NCBI GenBank assembly: GCA_963575745.1
Contig: CAUYUJ010000048.1
Coordinates: forward strand, 62,001-126,000
Length of the DNA stretch: 64,000 nt
Source of the DNA: Prorocentrum cordatum
Taxonomy: Eukaryota
Reading direction: 5' to 3'
Part shown: one piece after another, positions 49,234 through 61,377 of the stretch
How the letters are laid out: each line of letters starts with the position of its first letter
Position numbering within the stretch: the stretch's first letter is position 1
Notes under the pieces: generated by a model
Told to the model about the DNA's origin: nothing
Database searches by the model: none
The model's input: only the letters and a program-made list of their open reading frames with translations
Position numbers and translations under genes: made by a program

Positions 49234-51738
49234 ACCTTGGGCCGGGGCACAATTGCCAACCCCCGATCCCCGCCGGGTCTCAGAGATTTTCGATGTTCAT
49301 CCTCACCCGATGTTGGCCTCGTCCTGGCTTCGTCTTGGGCCTCTGCAGCTGGAGCTCTGGGCCCCCCCACCCTCGGCTCTGGCGCGTGCCGCCGTGTGGG
49401 CGGTAGCCTGCCGTGTGCGCCCCTAGTGCTGGGGCCCCGGGAGGAGAGCACGGCCGCTGGCGGCCGAGCCAAGCCCGCGAGCACGGTCCACTGCGTATAT
49501 CTCCTTTTCCCCTCCCCCGCTCGCTCACCCGTGCCACAAGGCCGTGCAGATCATTGGGGCTGACCCGAGAAGAACCGGCGAAGAACACCACCGGGATTGA
49601 TGCCAGGGGTGAGCTGCCACACCCAGGGTCCCTTGGTTGGCCCAGGCCGCGACGGGCCGCCAGCTTGGAGCCTTTCTCACTCCGTGCGACCAGCGCAGGG
49701 ACGAATAGGATCTGCGCTTTGGAGAGGACTCTGGGAACGGGTCAAGGGAGCTTGCGAGGGCCGCCTGTGTATTCTTCAGAGGGCGCCCTTTGCGGTCTCC
49801 GGGCCGACTACAAAAGGGCACCGTGACCAGCCTGTAACCTCCAAGTGCGGCCGCGCAGACTGGCCACACCACATCAGCTGCCAATGCGTGATTCGTCTTA
49901 GCTTCCGTCGCCTCCTCATGTGCCCCCACCTCCGTCATGATTTCACCGCACCTCCGCAATCTCGGCGGAACCGCATCGGCGTGAACAACGCTGGCGGCTC
50001 ACACGGCCGAGCCACCCAGCAAGAACATCACCGCTGATGATTCGTGTCGCCTGTCTTTTCGTCGCCCCTCTCATTCTCATTCCCACATGGTTCTGCCAAC
50101 ATCATACACACCTTCGCCGGCCATTCTCCTCGGGGACCGGAGCCCCGAGACCGAGCGCGCCAGTTTTGCCGCGACCTCGGCTGCCCGTCTCCCAGTGCAG
50201 ACACCGCGAGTGATGTCTATATATATATATATAAATATGCAACAGCTCAAACATCACCGCTGCCCACTCCCCCCGCGCCCCTGCCTCCCTCCGCCCCTGC
50301 TCGGCGGAGGGCGGCGCGACGGGCCTCAGGGTCTCGAGCGTCGCGCGGCGTCGCGGCGGGCCGAGGGGTCACGGGTGTCGCCGCCGCCAGCCACCGGAAC
50401 CGCAGCCCACGCACGCCGCAGGCTGCGTCGCGTCGTGCTGTTCTTCGCAGCGCACTCCGGCTTTCTGCAAACATCTCGGGGGCAACGGCCCCATGCGGGG
50501 GGGGGAGGAGGCCGCATCCAAAACGGACTCTCGCGCCCTCTGCAATCAGCAAGCAGGCGGAAGAGGAGGAAGAGCAGGAGGTGGAGGAGGAGGATGAGGA
50601 GGAGCAGAAGAGGAGGAGGGGGGGGAGCAGAAGAGGAGGTGGAGGATGAGGAGGAGCAGAAGAGGAGGAGGAGGAGGAGGAGGAGGAGGAGGAGGAGGAA
50701 GGGGAGGGGAACTACGGCGACGACGACCACGATGACGTCGACCTCCGTTCCTCTGCCGTTCCCGCCGATCGCCGCCAAACGAGAGTGCTGACGTCGACGA
50801 CGACGCTCGCACTCTCCCGCTCGTGCTGAGGTCACCGGTGCGTCGGCAGCGCCGTGCGGTGCTCGGGCCCCGGCCTCTCGGTGAGGGCGCTGCGGTGGTT
50901 CGCCCTCTCCCGGGCCACCTGGGCGGTGCTGTCGTCGTCGTCGTGACTCGTTCGGGTCGGAGCGCGACTGAGTCGTTGGTTTACTATTTGTTGTCGTCGA
51001 GCCTGCGACAGACCACGCAGAAAACGCAGTAGGTCTGCGAACGTTCGATGTTTTTGGAGAAGTTTGCAGTAATTGCAATTTTGGGGCACATCGATTATGC
51101 AGTCGACCTGCTGCTCGAACAGTTCACGAACGACGACGGCCTCGCCCAGGTTCCTCGGAAACTGGCGAGCAACTGCAAAATACCCACCTTGAGGCGGGGG
51201 GAGGAGAAGGAGGAGGAGGAGGAGGAGGAGGAGGAGGAGGAGGAGCAGCAGGAGGAGGAGGAGGCGACAGGCTACCCAGAACACTGCGACACACTACACG
51301 GAAAACCCAGCAGATCCCTCTCCTCGGACCTCCCTCGGGTGGCTCTGGGAAGCGGGCCCCCAGAGGCCCCGACGGAGGCCGTGCCGGCCGCCACGACTGC
51401 TCTTGCGCGGGCGCCAGGCGATGCAGGGGGCTCGCCAGGGGCCGCGCGGGGCCCTCCGCGCCGCTCCAGCGGGGCCGGCTGGAGGGCGGCCCAGTCCTGG
51501 GACCGCAGGGGCTCTGGCCATGTTGGTTCTTCGCGGCAGCGGCCCCAAACCAAGACAGGGCCAGTCGTGTGCGGCTTCGGACAGTGGTGGCTTTCACGGC
51601 ACCGTGGCGAAAGCAGGCCACGTTCCCACAGGTTCCAGAGCTTGCTTGGTTGCCTGCAGTTCCGTGAAATATGATGTGCAGTAGTGATCGTAGACTTGTC
51701 CTTGCAATATGTAGAGTCAGCTGCCCTGGCCCTGCGAG

Positions 51739-51769
<31 letters not shown>

Positions 51770-52032
51770 AGAGAGAGAGAGTGAGAAAATCAACAAAAGA
51801 AACACGAACACACGGGGGCACAGACACGAATGAACGTCTATTTCCAGGCAAGTACGAGTACCTGGGTGAAGTGGAGGGGAGGGCGAACACCCAGCAGATA
51901 CTGGAACATGGGGGGAATCCTGGCACTAGTGTCTGTTTAGTTATTTGTGTGCCCCGCCTGAGCCCCTTCAATCTGTCTTGGTCCCGGTTGGGCAGCTACC
52001 AGGGGAGGCCCCACCGTGAAGAGGGGCGCGCG

Positions 52033-52105
52033 GCTTCACTGGCCCGGCTGCAAGACGGGCTGGCCGCTCCCCAGGGGCACCTCGGCGCCACCCGACTGGA
52101 CGCCG
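52033..52105 (+). CDS. Aldo-keto reductase exon (LHWPGCKTGWPLPRGTSAPPDWTP)
   Basis: HWP motif with catalytic His, colinear and in frame with the flanking exons. 5' boundary ambiguous: CG|G at 52033, or in-frame AG|G at 52024. GA donor at 52106. Confidence 0.8.
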
Positions 52106-52463
52106 GACATAGGAGGAGGAACAAACACGGGGCCATGACCAAGATTTCGCGGGATCTTGTCGATGCCGTTCTTGGTCATGGTCTATGTCGGCCGTCGCCG
52201 AGCCGCGAGGGTGGTCCTCGAAATGACGCTGACCAAGATGGACGGTGACCAAGCTCGGCACGACGTTTCCGCGTTCAGTCTTGGTCCTGGTCCCCGTTTC
52301 TTCCGCTCCAGGACATGCCGCTATCTTTCCCTCGTTTTCCCTTTTTAGGGCCTCCTGCAGAGGCCTTCGTCGCCGCCGCTGGGTTCGCCTCGAGATCAGG
52401 GTCAGAGCGCACCCCAGGAGAGGTCCGGGGAGTAGCGGTATCGGTACATTTTGGTTTCCTCAG

Positions 52464-52499
52464 GACATGCGCAACACGGGCACTTGGCGGGCCATGGAG
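52464..52499 (+). CDS. Aldo-keto reductase exon (DMRNTGTWRAME)
   Basis: TWxAME motif. Pyrimidine-rich cag|G acceptor, GA donor. Confidence 0.88.
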
Positions 52500-53461
52500 G
52501 ATAGCCATCCGTCCTCGCCGTGGTCGGTCGTCGGTCGTCGATGGTTGATGGTGGGTGGTCGGTGGTCGGTCGTCCGTCGTCGTCCGTCCGTCAGTCCGTC
52601 CGTCCGTCCATGTGTCCGTCCGTCCGTCATTCGCCGTCGTCGCCGTCGTCGTCATCGTCGTCATCGTCGTCGTCGACGTCGTCGTCATCGTCGTCGTCGT
52701 CCAGTCTTGAGGGCCGATATTGTTTGGCGGGGGGGGGGGCTTTGGTGAGCATCTCCTCGCCACGAATGGATTCTCCTGGAAATCTTCACCAGAGCGCACG
52801 CCAGGAGCCCCCGGAGAGGCCCAGAGGTACATCTCCCAGGGGAGGACTCCGACCTCCAGCGTCTTTTCCCCGTCGGCGTCTGTCGCCACCCAGCAAACCG
52901 CCCCGACCCAACCCGTAGGCCCCCATTTGCCCTCGATTCCCGGGGCGGCGTCGGGGCACAGTGAACAAAACACGTGTGGAACCCGTACAGTCGGCCCGGA
53001 TCAGTGGGTCGACCCTGCCAAATCAAGGGTACTTTTGTGTACTGTGCCTCGCGACCCATGCCTCCTCCATTTCTGTGGCAGTGTGGCCTTCGGAAGGGTC
53101 TTGTGCCCTCTCGCGCGTCCTGTCCAATGAAGTCCGACTGTGCCGCCCCCGACCCGGTTCCTGGGTAGTCGGGTCGGGCTGGGGTGGTCCGGCAGGGGCC
53201 CAGACCTCCGGCCCAGACCTCCAGACCCCCCCCCCTCCCCCAACCCTGAGGCCACATGTGGAAACCCAGGATCTAAGAACAAACGCCTACTTTTGGGCCC
53301 CGTATGGAGAAACTACAAATCTGACGTAGTTGAAGACAGCCCCAACCGCACGCACTGTAAGCTTGAAGACGATCGACGTGCAGCCAGCCGTTCCCGCAGA
53401 GCGGCGAGTCTGGGCTGGCATTGTCTTCTTTTATCCACGCTCCGGCGCATGGCACTTCGTT

Positions 53462-53630
53462 CCAAGTCGGGCCTGTCCCACTACACGAGGAATATTCAAG
53501 AATAGTCTAAGCATGGTATGGGGACGATTTTTCGATTATTTTTGAATATTATCAAAAATAAATTTGGGGCATTTGATCTTTGATCATTTTCCATCCAAAA
53601 TCCGCCTGTAGGGGGACATGCCCGACCTAA
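53462..53630. mobile_element. Family A MITE
   Basis: Family TIRs; exact TSD acttcgtt. Confidence 0.88.
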
Positions 53631-54332
53631 ACTTCGTTCGTTCGTCCGTACAGGCGTCTGAGACCGGATTCCGACCAGTTCGCCTCCACACGCGGCGCAG
53701 CGGCGACGACGCCAGCGCGGCCGCCCGGGGCGGAACACCCCAAATATGTCGCCGCTTCTGACGCCGGGGCCGGCAGAACGCAGCCCACGGCGCGAAATCC
53801 AGGCGGGCGCCGGCCGAATTGTCGGTCGATCTCGTCCAGACTGGGATGCTGCCGTCGGCGTGTCGCGAGATCGCGCCGATGTTTCGGCCAGATCTGGACC
53901 CTGGAGGGGCCCCAAGCCCTCGCATTCATCGTTCCTGTCCCTGCCAACAGCGCCGACATCGACAATCTTTGCCCGCGGTCATACATATGTACATCTACAC
54001 ACAAATATAGATATATCGGAAGTTGGGGGGTGAGATCGCAGCGGAACGGAGAGCCCCCCACCAGGAAATAGGTTTCGGTTTCGTGTTCGTGTCGTGCGTG
54101 CGTGAGAGACCAAGCTGCGTGGGCGCGCGAGAGGAATGACCCCCCAGCGGGTATGCGGTGGCCTGGGGTGTCCCGCCGTGGTGCCCCTGTGGTGTCCCGT
54201 TGGTGTCCCATTGGTGTCCGGTCGGTGTTCCGTCGGCGGTGGGCGGGCGGTGGCCGGTTGGTGTCGATAGTGAAGTCTATCGTGAAGTCTATCGTGAGAT
54301 GGATAGTAAAAACAAAAATTATCCCAGTGCGA

Positions 54333-54927
54333 CCCTACCTAGGAGTTGAAACCCCTAGGAAAGCAGCATTAGTAGTAACAGTAACGCTAAGCTAAAGCTA
54401 AGCTAAAGCTGAGCTAAAGCTAAGCTAAAGCTAAGCTAAAGCTAAGCTAAAGCTAAGCTAAAGCTAAGCTAAAGCTAAGCTACAGCTAAGCTAAACGCTA
54501 AGCGAAAAGCTAAGCGAAACGCTAAGCTAAAGCTAAGCTACAGCTAAGCTAAAGCTAAGCTAAAGCTAAGCTAAAGCTAAGCTAAAGCTAAGCTACAACT
54601 AAGCTAAAGCTAAGCTACAGCTAAGCTCAAGCTAAGCTAAAGCTAAGCTAAGGCTAAGCTAAACGCTAAGCGAAAGCTAAGCGAAACGCTAAGCTAAAGC
54701 TAAGCTACAGCTAAGCTAAAGCTAAGCTAAAGCTAAGCTAAAGCTAAGCTAAAGCTAAGCTAAAGCTAAGCTAAAGCTAAGCTGAAGCTAAAGCTAAAGC
54801 TAAAGCTCCCAGGGGACTGGGGGGAACCGCGGGGCGGGGACTGGGGGAACCGCCCGGGGCGCTTTGCACTGCCCGGCCCCTTTAAGCTAAGAGAGTAAGA
54901 ACCCTTCTAGGCAGAGCCTAGGTAGGG
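54333..54927. mobile_element. TIR element carrying a (GCTAAGCTAAA)n satellite
   Basis: ccctacctagg...cctaggtaggg perfect 11-bp inverted termini; 11-mer array at ~54385-54806. Confidence 0.65.
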
Positions 54928-55468
54928 AATGAGATCGACAGTGAGGTTGATTGTAACGTTGGTTGTGAGATAGACAGCGGGGACGATAGTGACATTCCAT
55001 CGCAGCGCAACATCGTGATCACACGTCGTCGCTATCTCGAGGGCGCGTCACCAGCATCGTCATCATCACACCCACCGCATTTGCCAGCAGTTTGTTCGTT
55101 ACCCCCTTCCCCAACCTCCTTACCACCAGAAGGGTGGTCGTATAGGTATAGGTATGGGTATAGGTCTACAAATAGGTACAGGTGTGTGTGTGTATTTATA
55201 TATATATATATACGTATATGTATATGTATACGTGTGTGTATACAAATACGCGTGTTCCTGCCAGGTTTGGGGGTACACGGCCCAGGAGAGGGTAAGTCTC
55301 GTCAAAGGTGTGACTGAGAACTTTCTCGGGCGCACTGCTCATCCCAACAGAGGAGATGGCAAGGGAGCAGCGTCTTGCGAGCAGCACCTGGCCCTGCAGC
55401 ACCGCAGGCACGGCAGCCGACGCAGGCGAGAGGGGGAGCAGGGAGCAAGCAGCGGGAGACGGGCAGCA

Positions 55469-55489
55469 TCCGTAGCCTCTTAGCTCAAG
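55469..55489 (+). other. Dinoflagellate spliced-leader (DinoSL) relic
   Basis: TCCGTAGCC-TCTTAGCTCAAG versus DCCGTAGCCATTTTGGCTCAAG: one deletion and two transitions. Not followed by GT, so not an SL-RNA gene. Confidence 0.7.
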
Positions 55490-55719
55490 CCAGCCGGTCA
55501 TATGAATCTCTGCCGTCACCACCACCAAGGAGACTCATATGTATGCACACATATATATATATATATAGACACGTATATGCACATAGATATACATGTGGAT
55601 TGCACGTCGGGGTCTTCCTTTCTGGTCCAGAAGACTGGGCCTGTGTGCCAGTCTGGCGGCGTCCCGTCGCCGCCTCGTCGCCGCCTCGTCGCCGCTGCTT
55701 CACAGCCGCCGTCGCGTTG

Positions 55720-57250
55720 CGCTGCATTGTCTTGCGTTGCTCTTCGTTGCTATGCATTGCTTGCCGCTGCAAAGCACTGCATTGCCTGGCCGTGCTTTGC
55801 ATTGCTGGGCCTTGCTCTGCGTTGCGTTGCTCTGCGTTGCTCTGCGTTGCTTTGCGTTGCTTCGCATTGCTACGCCGTGCCATTGCATTGGTTTGCACTG
55901 GTCCTCGCTGCTTTGCATTTCTTAGCATTGTTTTGAATTGCAAAGCTAAGCATTGCAATGCTTGGCCTCGTTTTGCATTGCCTTGCGGTGCATTGCCTGG
56001 CTTCGCATTTCTACGCTGCGCACCGGATTGCTCTGTGTTGCTCTATTTTGCTTTGCCGTGCTGAGCATTGCTTTGCCTTGCATTGTTCCCCAATTAGTGC
56101 TTGCACTCAGAATTTCTTACTTGTCCTCTAAGGAGCTGGGCTGGTTGGGCTGTCTGGCAGCTACGTGGTCCCCGTCGCCGCCTCGTCGCTGCCTCGTTGC
56201 CGCCAGTCGTCTGGGCCGGTTGGGCGGTCTGGCGGCCACGTGGTCGCCGTTGCCGCCTCGTCGCCTTCTCTTCGGCGCCCGCCGCTGCCGTTGGATCGCA
56301 CCACATATGCTGCAAGAAAAAGAGTGGCGCCTGCGGCGCGCTTTTCGATCGCACATGGCATAGACTGCGCCACAGCTCTTGCACAACATTGATGGTTCCA
56401 CTTAGATTACGCAACCTATATTGCGTCACTACATGTAGCGCACATTGTTGCACTATGACGATAGCACAACATAAATTGCAATACATACCTTGCCCAGCAA
56501 TGATTGACCACACAGAGTGCACCACGTATCTTGCACAACATAGATTGCACCGCATACTTTGCACCACAAAGGTTGCCTCACATAGATTGCATAACGCAGA
56601 TTGCACGTTTTTGTTGTCGCGCCTGCAGCGCGCTGTTTGTCGCTCGCAACATAGACTCCATTACGTATTGTGCACGCCCTAGAGCACACCACAGGTATTG
56701 CATAGCATCTGCTGCACACTACAGATTACCCCGCATAGATTGCACCACATGGACTGCACAACATAGATTGAACCACATACAGCTCACAACATATGTGGCA
56801 CCACATAGATTGCAGAGCATAGAAAGCACCACATGGAGTCCACAACACATACTGCACCACATAAAGTGTTCAACACATATTTTGCACCGCCTTTATTGCA
56901 CCGCATCGATTGCACCACCACCGCACAGACTGCGCCACATATCTTGCGCAAAACCATATAATTTGTATCACATGGAATGCGCAACATAGATTGCACCACG
57001 TAGAGTGCACAACATTCATTGCACCACATGCTGCACCACGTAGATTTCACCACATAGGTCGCCGAACATAGATTGCAACACGTAGGCTGCACCGCATAGT
57101 TTTCACAGCACTTACTGAACCGCATATATTGCAACACATGGGTTGCACAACCCATACCAGACCACATAGAGTGCACACCGCACATTGCACCACCTATTTT
57201 GCACCATATACATTGCACAACCGAGATTGTACAATCCAGACTGTCTACAT
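55720..57250. repeat. Degenerate (GCATT/GCGTT)n tract followed by a cacatagattgcac tract
   Basis: Short-period repeats at ~55720-56090 and ~56350-57250. Confidence 0.75.
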
Positions 57251-57975
57251 ATATTACACGATTTATTCATATACTGCATATATGTAGACACAGTGTGGGG
57301 TCGACCGACTCTGGGGGGCCGATGGTGGAGATCGCTAGAGGCTAAGCTTGCCATGCGTGGAACTTGCGGCGGAGCACCGAGGAGGGGAGAGATGTACTCC
57401 CCCCTTGCCCACAAGGGAACTGTGTCTGTCGGGATCTTGCAGGTGCGTCCTCTTCCTCCTCCGTTTCCTCCTTCACGGGGAGGGGATGATGAGGACAAGG
57501 ATGAGGAGGATGATGGTGATGAGAAAGACGATGGTGATGATGATGATGGCGATCACGATGGCAATGACAACGACGACGACGATGACGACGATGATGGCGA
57601 TGATCACGATGCTGATGCTGATGTTAGCGATGATGGCGATGCTGATGATGACGATGATGAGGATGATGATGATTATGGTGAGGATGATGCTTGATGAGAT
57701 TGATGCTGATGCTGATGCTGACAATGCTAATGATGATGCTGCTGATGATGCTTGTGATGACAAAGATGAGTTGCTGCTGCCGATGATGCGTGTGATGCTG
57801 CTGATGATGCTGATGCTGATGAGGATAAGGATGTGGTGATGCTGCTGATGATGAGGATGATGTAATGCCGCTGATGATGCTTGTGATGCTGCTGCTGACA
57901 ATGCTGGTGATGATGTTGGTGATGATGGTGCTGGCGAGGATGAGGATGATGACGATGAAGATGATACTGGGATGC

Positions 57976-58007
<32 letters not shown>

Positions 58008-58032
58008 TTGATGATGATGATGATGTTGATGC

Positions 58033-58079
<47 letters not shown>

Positions 58080-58449
58080 GTGACAATGCTGATGGTGAGG
58101 ATGCTTATGATGATGGTGATGGTGATGATGATGTTGGTGATGATGGTGTTGATGATGTGATGTGCTGCTTCTGATGCTGGTGTAGATGCTGATGATGAGG
58201 ATGAGGATGAGGATGATGTTGATGGTGATGTTGATGTTGGTTACGATGAGGAGGATAATGAGGATTGCGATGATGATGAGGACAAGGTGGAAGAGGAAGA
58301 AGAAGAAGAAGAAGAAGAAGCGGAAGAGGAGGAGGGGGAGGAGGTGGGGGGAGGGAAATAGGAGCTTTGGGTAGCTTTGAGGCACTGCTTTGGGCATTCA
58401 AGGGGTTCTGGGGTTGCTTCGCTTTTATGCTCTGGCGTGTGCCGCTCAG

Positions 58450-58557
58450 GATTTGTACGAACAGGGCAAGGTGAAGGCCATCGGAGTCACCAACTATTCC
58501 ATCCGGCATTTGCAGCAGCTGCTGGAGACATGCCGCGTCAAGCCCATGGTGAACCAG
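58450..58557 (+). CDS. Aldo-keto reductase exon (DLYEQGKVKAIGVTNYSIRHLQQLLETCRVKPMVNQ)
   Basis: GKVKAIGVxN...PxVNQ motif. AG|G acceptor, GC donor. The next exon (xExHP...) was not found, so the gene probably continues beyond the window. Confidence 0.93.
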
Positions 58558-61140
58558 GCGGGGACGTGGAAGGTTGGGGAAGTGGGGGGAGGAACGGGAG
58601 GAGGAGGGTAATGAGGATGAGACGGGGCTGGAGGAGGGAGTGGACGGGGAGGAGGAAGGATGAGTCAAGGAGAAAGGGGAAGTGTGGTGAGGAGGTTGGC
58701 AAGAATGGGGATCATGGGGATGATGCGTACTCCGGAGGAGGGGGAGGATGAGCACGCTGGATGATGATGAGGAGTACGCAGGGTGTGGGGGATGATGACA
58801 AGAGTGACGAAAGTGACAAGTAGAGAAGGATGACGAGGACGCGGTAGGAAACCTAAATTGGAGGAGGACAGGGGGATGGTACAGGGGAAGTCGGACGCTC
58901 ATATGCGCCCTCGTTGTGCAACTCCTACCAGGTGTTGTACAAGCGAGGGCGGAGATGGAGATGGGGCGGAGGGTAGAGATGGAGGAGAAGGAGGGACGGA
59001 GAGCAGACGACAATGAAGCGGCAGTATAATAACATTGTGGCCAGAAGGTCGGCGTGGGCTCGGGAGAACCAGCGCAGACCATGGAGCAAAGGTGTGGGAA
59101 ATTGTCAAGCCGCCTGCGGTAAGTCTCGCGTTCGTGCCAGCCCAGCATTTCGGGTGGCGTCCCTTCGAGGTGGGTACGGGAGGCCGTCACGTGTGGCATC
59201 TCGTGTCTCCAGGCTTAGGGGAGCCGTTATGAAGATGAACAAGGAGTATGAGGATGATGGGAGTGATGGTTACGAAGAGGATGATGAGGAGGAGGAGCAG
59301 CAGGACAGAAAGGAAGAGGAAGGACGTCACATGTGGCACATTTCGTCTTCATTATTTCAGGAGCTCTCATGGCGATCGTGTGGGCCGTCTTGGGGCTGTC
59401 TTGGCCTCCTGTGAGGCAGTCTTGTGGGTCCCTTGAGCCCTCTTAGGCCGTCTTGGGGCCCTCTTGCGCCGTCTTAGGGCTCTCTTGGGCCGTGTTGGGG
59501 CCCCTTGGCCGTAGGGTGGGTATCTGATGGCTGCCGTGGTGCTATCTTGGCACCGTCTTGGGCCGTCGAAGGGCCTTCCAAGGAGGCCGTCTTGGGTCCC
59601 ACGGGAGGCCCCCTTGGGCCGTCTTGGGGCCGTCTTCAAGCTTCTTGGGTCATCGCGGGGTCCTCTTGGGTGATCCTGGGCCCCTTTTGGAGGCCTCTTG
59701 AGCCGGCTTGGGGTCATCGTGGTGACTTCTTGGGCCGTCTTGAGCTGACGGAAGCTCGAAAAGGCAAGAATGCGAAACTCATTCAAAAACTTACGGGCGC
59801 GTCTTTGGGCCCTGTTGGAGGTCATTTTGTGGCGTTTTTAGGCCCTCTTCGGCGCATCTTGGGCTGTCTTCAAGCCATATTCGGCCGCCTTGGGGCCATC
59901 TTGGGCCGCCTTCGAGGCGTATTGGGCCTTCTTGGTGCCTGTGGTGGCATGGAAGCTCGGCTCGGGGCGCGATCCAGTTTTTTAAGCAAAGGATCGTGGC
60001 CTCGGGAGCACGGGTCCATTTTTAATGGGAGATCGTGGCCTCGGGAGGTGGGGGGGTGCACGCGGTGCTCACCTGGGACGGGGGGGGCCCTTATAACAAT
60101 ACAGAAACCCTACATAGCAGCACTTTGCTTTCTGGCACGGCGGTGGATGACGGAAAGCGCCTCCTGCGAGGGCAGTTTTTCTGAAGTATTTGTTCGTTGA
60201 TTAATGAGTGCCGGTTCTATCCCAGATTTCGCTGCCGGATGGTGGGAAGCGACTTCCAGGAAGTCGAAGGAGTGAGACCGTTCATATTGTTGATATTATC
60301 TGTCTACTATATCGAAGAGCCGCGTCCACGTAGCCAGAGCACCGGTGCGAGGTTGCACGAGGCATCCATCTCGTCGTCCTCATTATTGTGCTTGTCTTCC
60401 TTATTCCTGTCCTCCTGCTCCCCTCGCTGCCCTCCCGTCGAACATTCTGTCATCCTCGTCATCCGTCGCGTTCTGTTCTTCTTTTCCGAGCTACAAGCCC
60501 AATTTACAGCATCGGCGCTTCCCGTTGATGTCCGAACAGGTTCAAACACCGTGCCTGGCGCCGCTTCTCGCGGCCAGACGCCCACGTAGCCAGCATCTTG
60601 GCGAAAACCATTCGCACCCCCAGGCAAGAAACATGGGCCACCGAGGTGCCCATGGCGCATGCGCTCCCCCGAGACAGGGCAAGGGCGCTCAGCCAGACGG
60701 AGAACCTGGCGAAACGTTTACACAATTCTAGCCATCGTAGCAGATGGTTCATGCCTCCGACCGACGGGGTTGACCCTGGGTGGGGTGGTGAACAAGTGAG
60801 GCAGGGACTGCCCCCTCCTCCTTGGTTTGGCAACTGGTTCCATGCTCCTTATCCTCCCCCTCCTTCTGCTCTTCCAAGAGGAGGAGGGGGAGGAGGAGGG
60901 GGAGGAGGAGGAGGAGGTAGGTAGGTAGGGCAGCCCCGAGGGGAAGAGTCCCGCAGGACTACGACGGGCGGCGCCGACGGGGTGGCGCTCGGACCTCACG
61001 AGGATCCGCCACTTCCGCCACCCTCGGCGCCGCTTTTTAGGGCTCCTGGGGGGTGGCGCTTGGGACCACACGAGGATCCGCCACTTACGCCGCCCCCAGG
61101 ATGCCCCGAGCTCGGCCACGAACGCACGACCGCAGGGCGG

Positions 61141-61377
61141 CCAGCCGCGAGCAGGCGGCTCGCGCGCGACGGGCCGAGCGACGGCCTCATGACGGAGACG
61201 CGACCCTGGTCGATCATCTTGTCGATGGCCTCCTGGACCTCCGTCTCGCACTCCATGAGGTGTGTCTCGGACTGGATGCTGTCCTCGATCTGCTCGAGTT
61301 GCCACGCGATGAGGTCGCCCTCGTAGACCACGGCGCCAGCTTCCTGCTGCTGAACCAGGAACTGCAGGAGCGCGATC
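61141..61377 (-). pseudogene. MCM6 C-terminal winged-helix-like fragment
   Basis: IALLQFLVQQQEAGAVVYEGDLIAWQLEQIEDSIQSETHLMECETEVQEAIDKMIDQGRVSVMRPS resembles the MCM6_C pattern (L..WYL..IE..I.SE..L......+..+I..+). Recognised from memory, not searched. No MCM ATPase exons seen nearby. Confidence 0.55.

Noticed and set aside
49549..49563. DHWG as the AKR HWP exon
   Set aside because: Immediately followed by a stop; a better in-frame LHWPG exon exists at 52033.
54385..54806. Telomere-like repeat
   Set aside because: The unit is GCTAAGCTAAA, not TTTAGGG, and it is internal to a TIR element.
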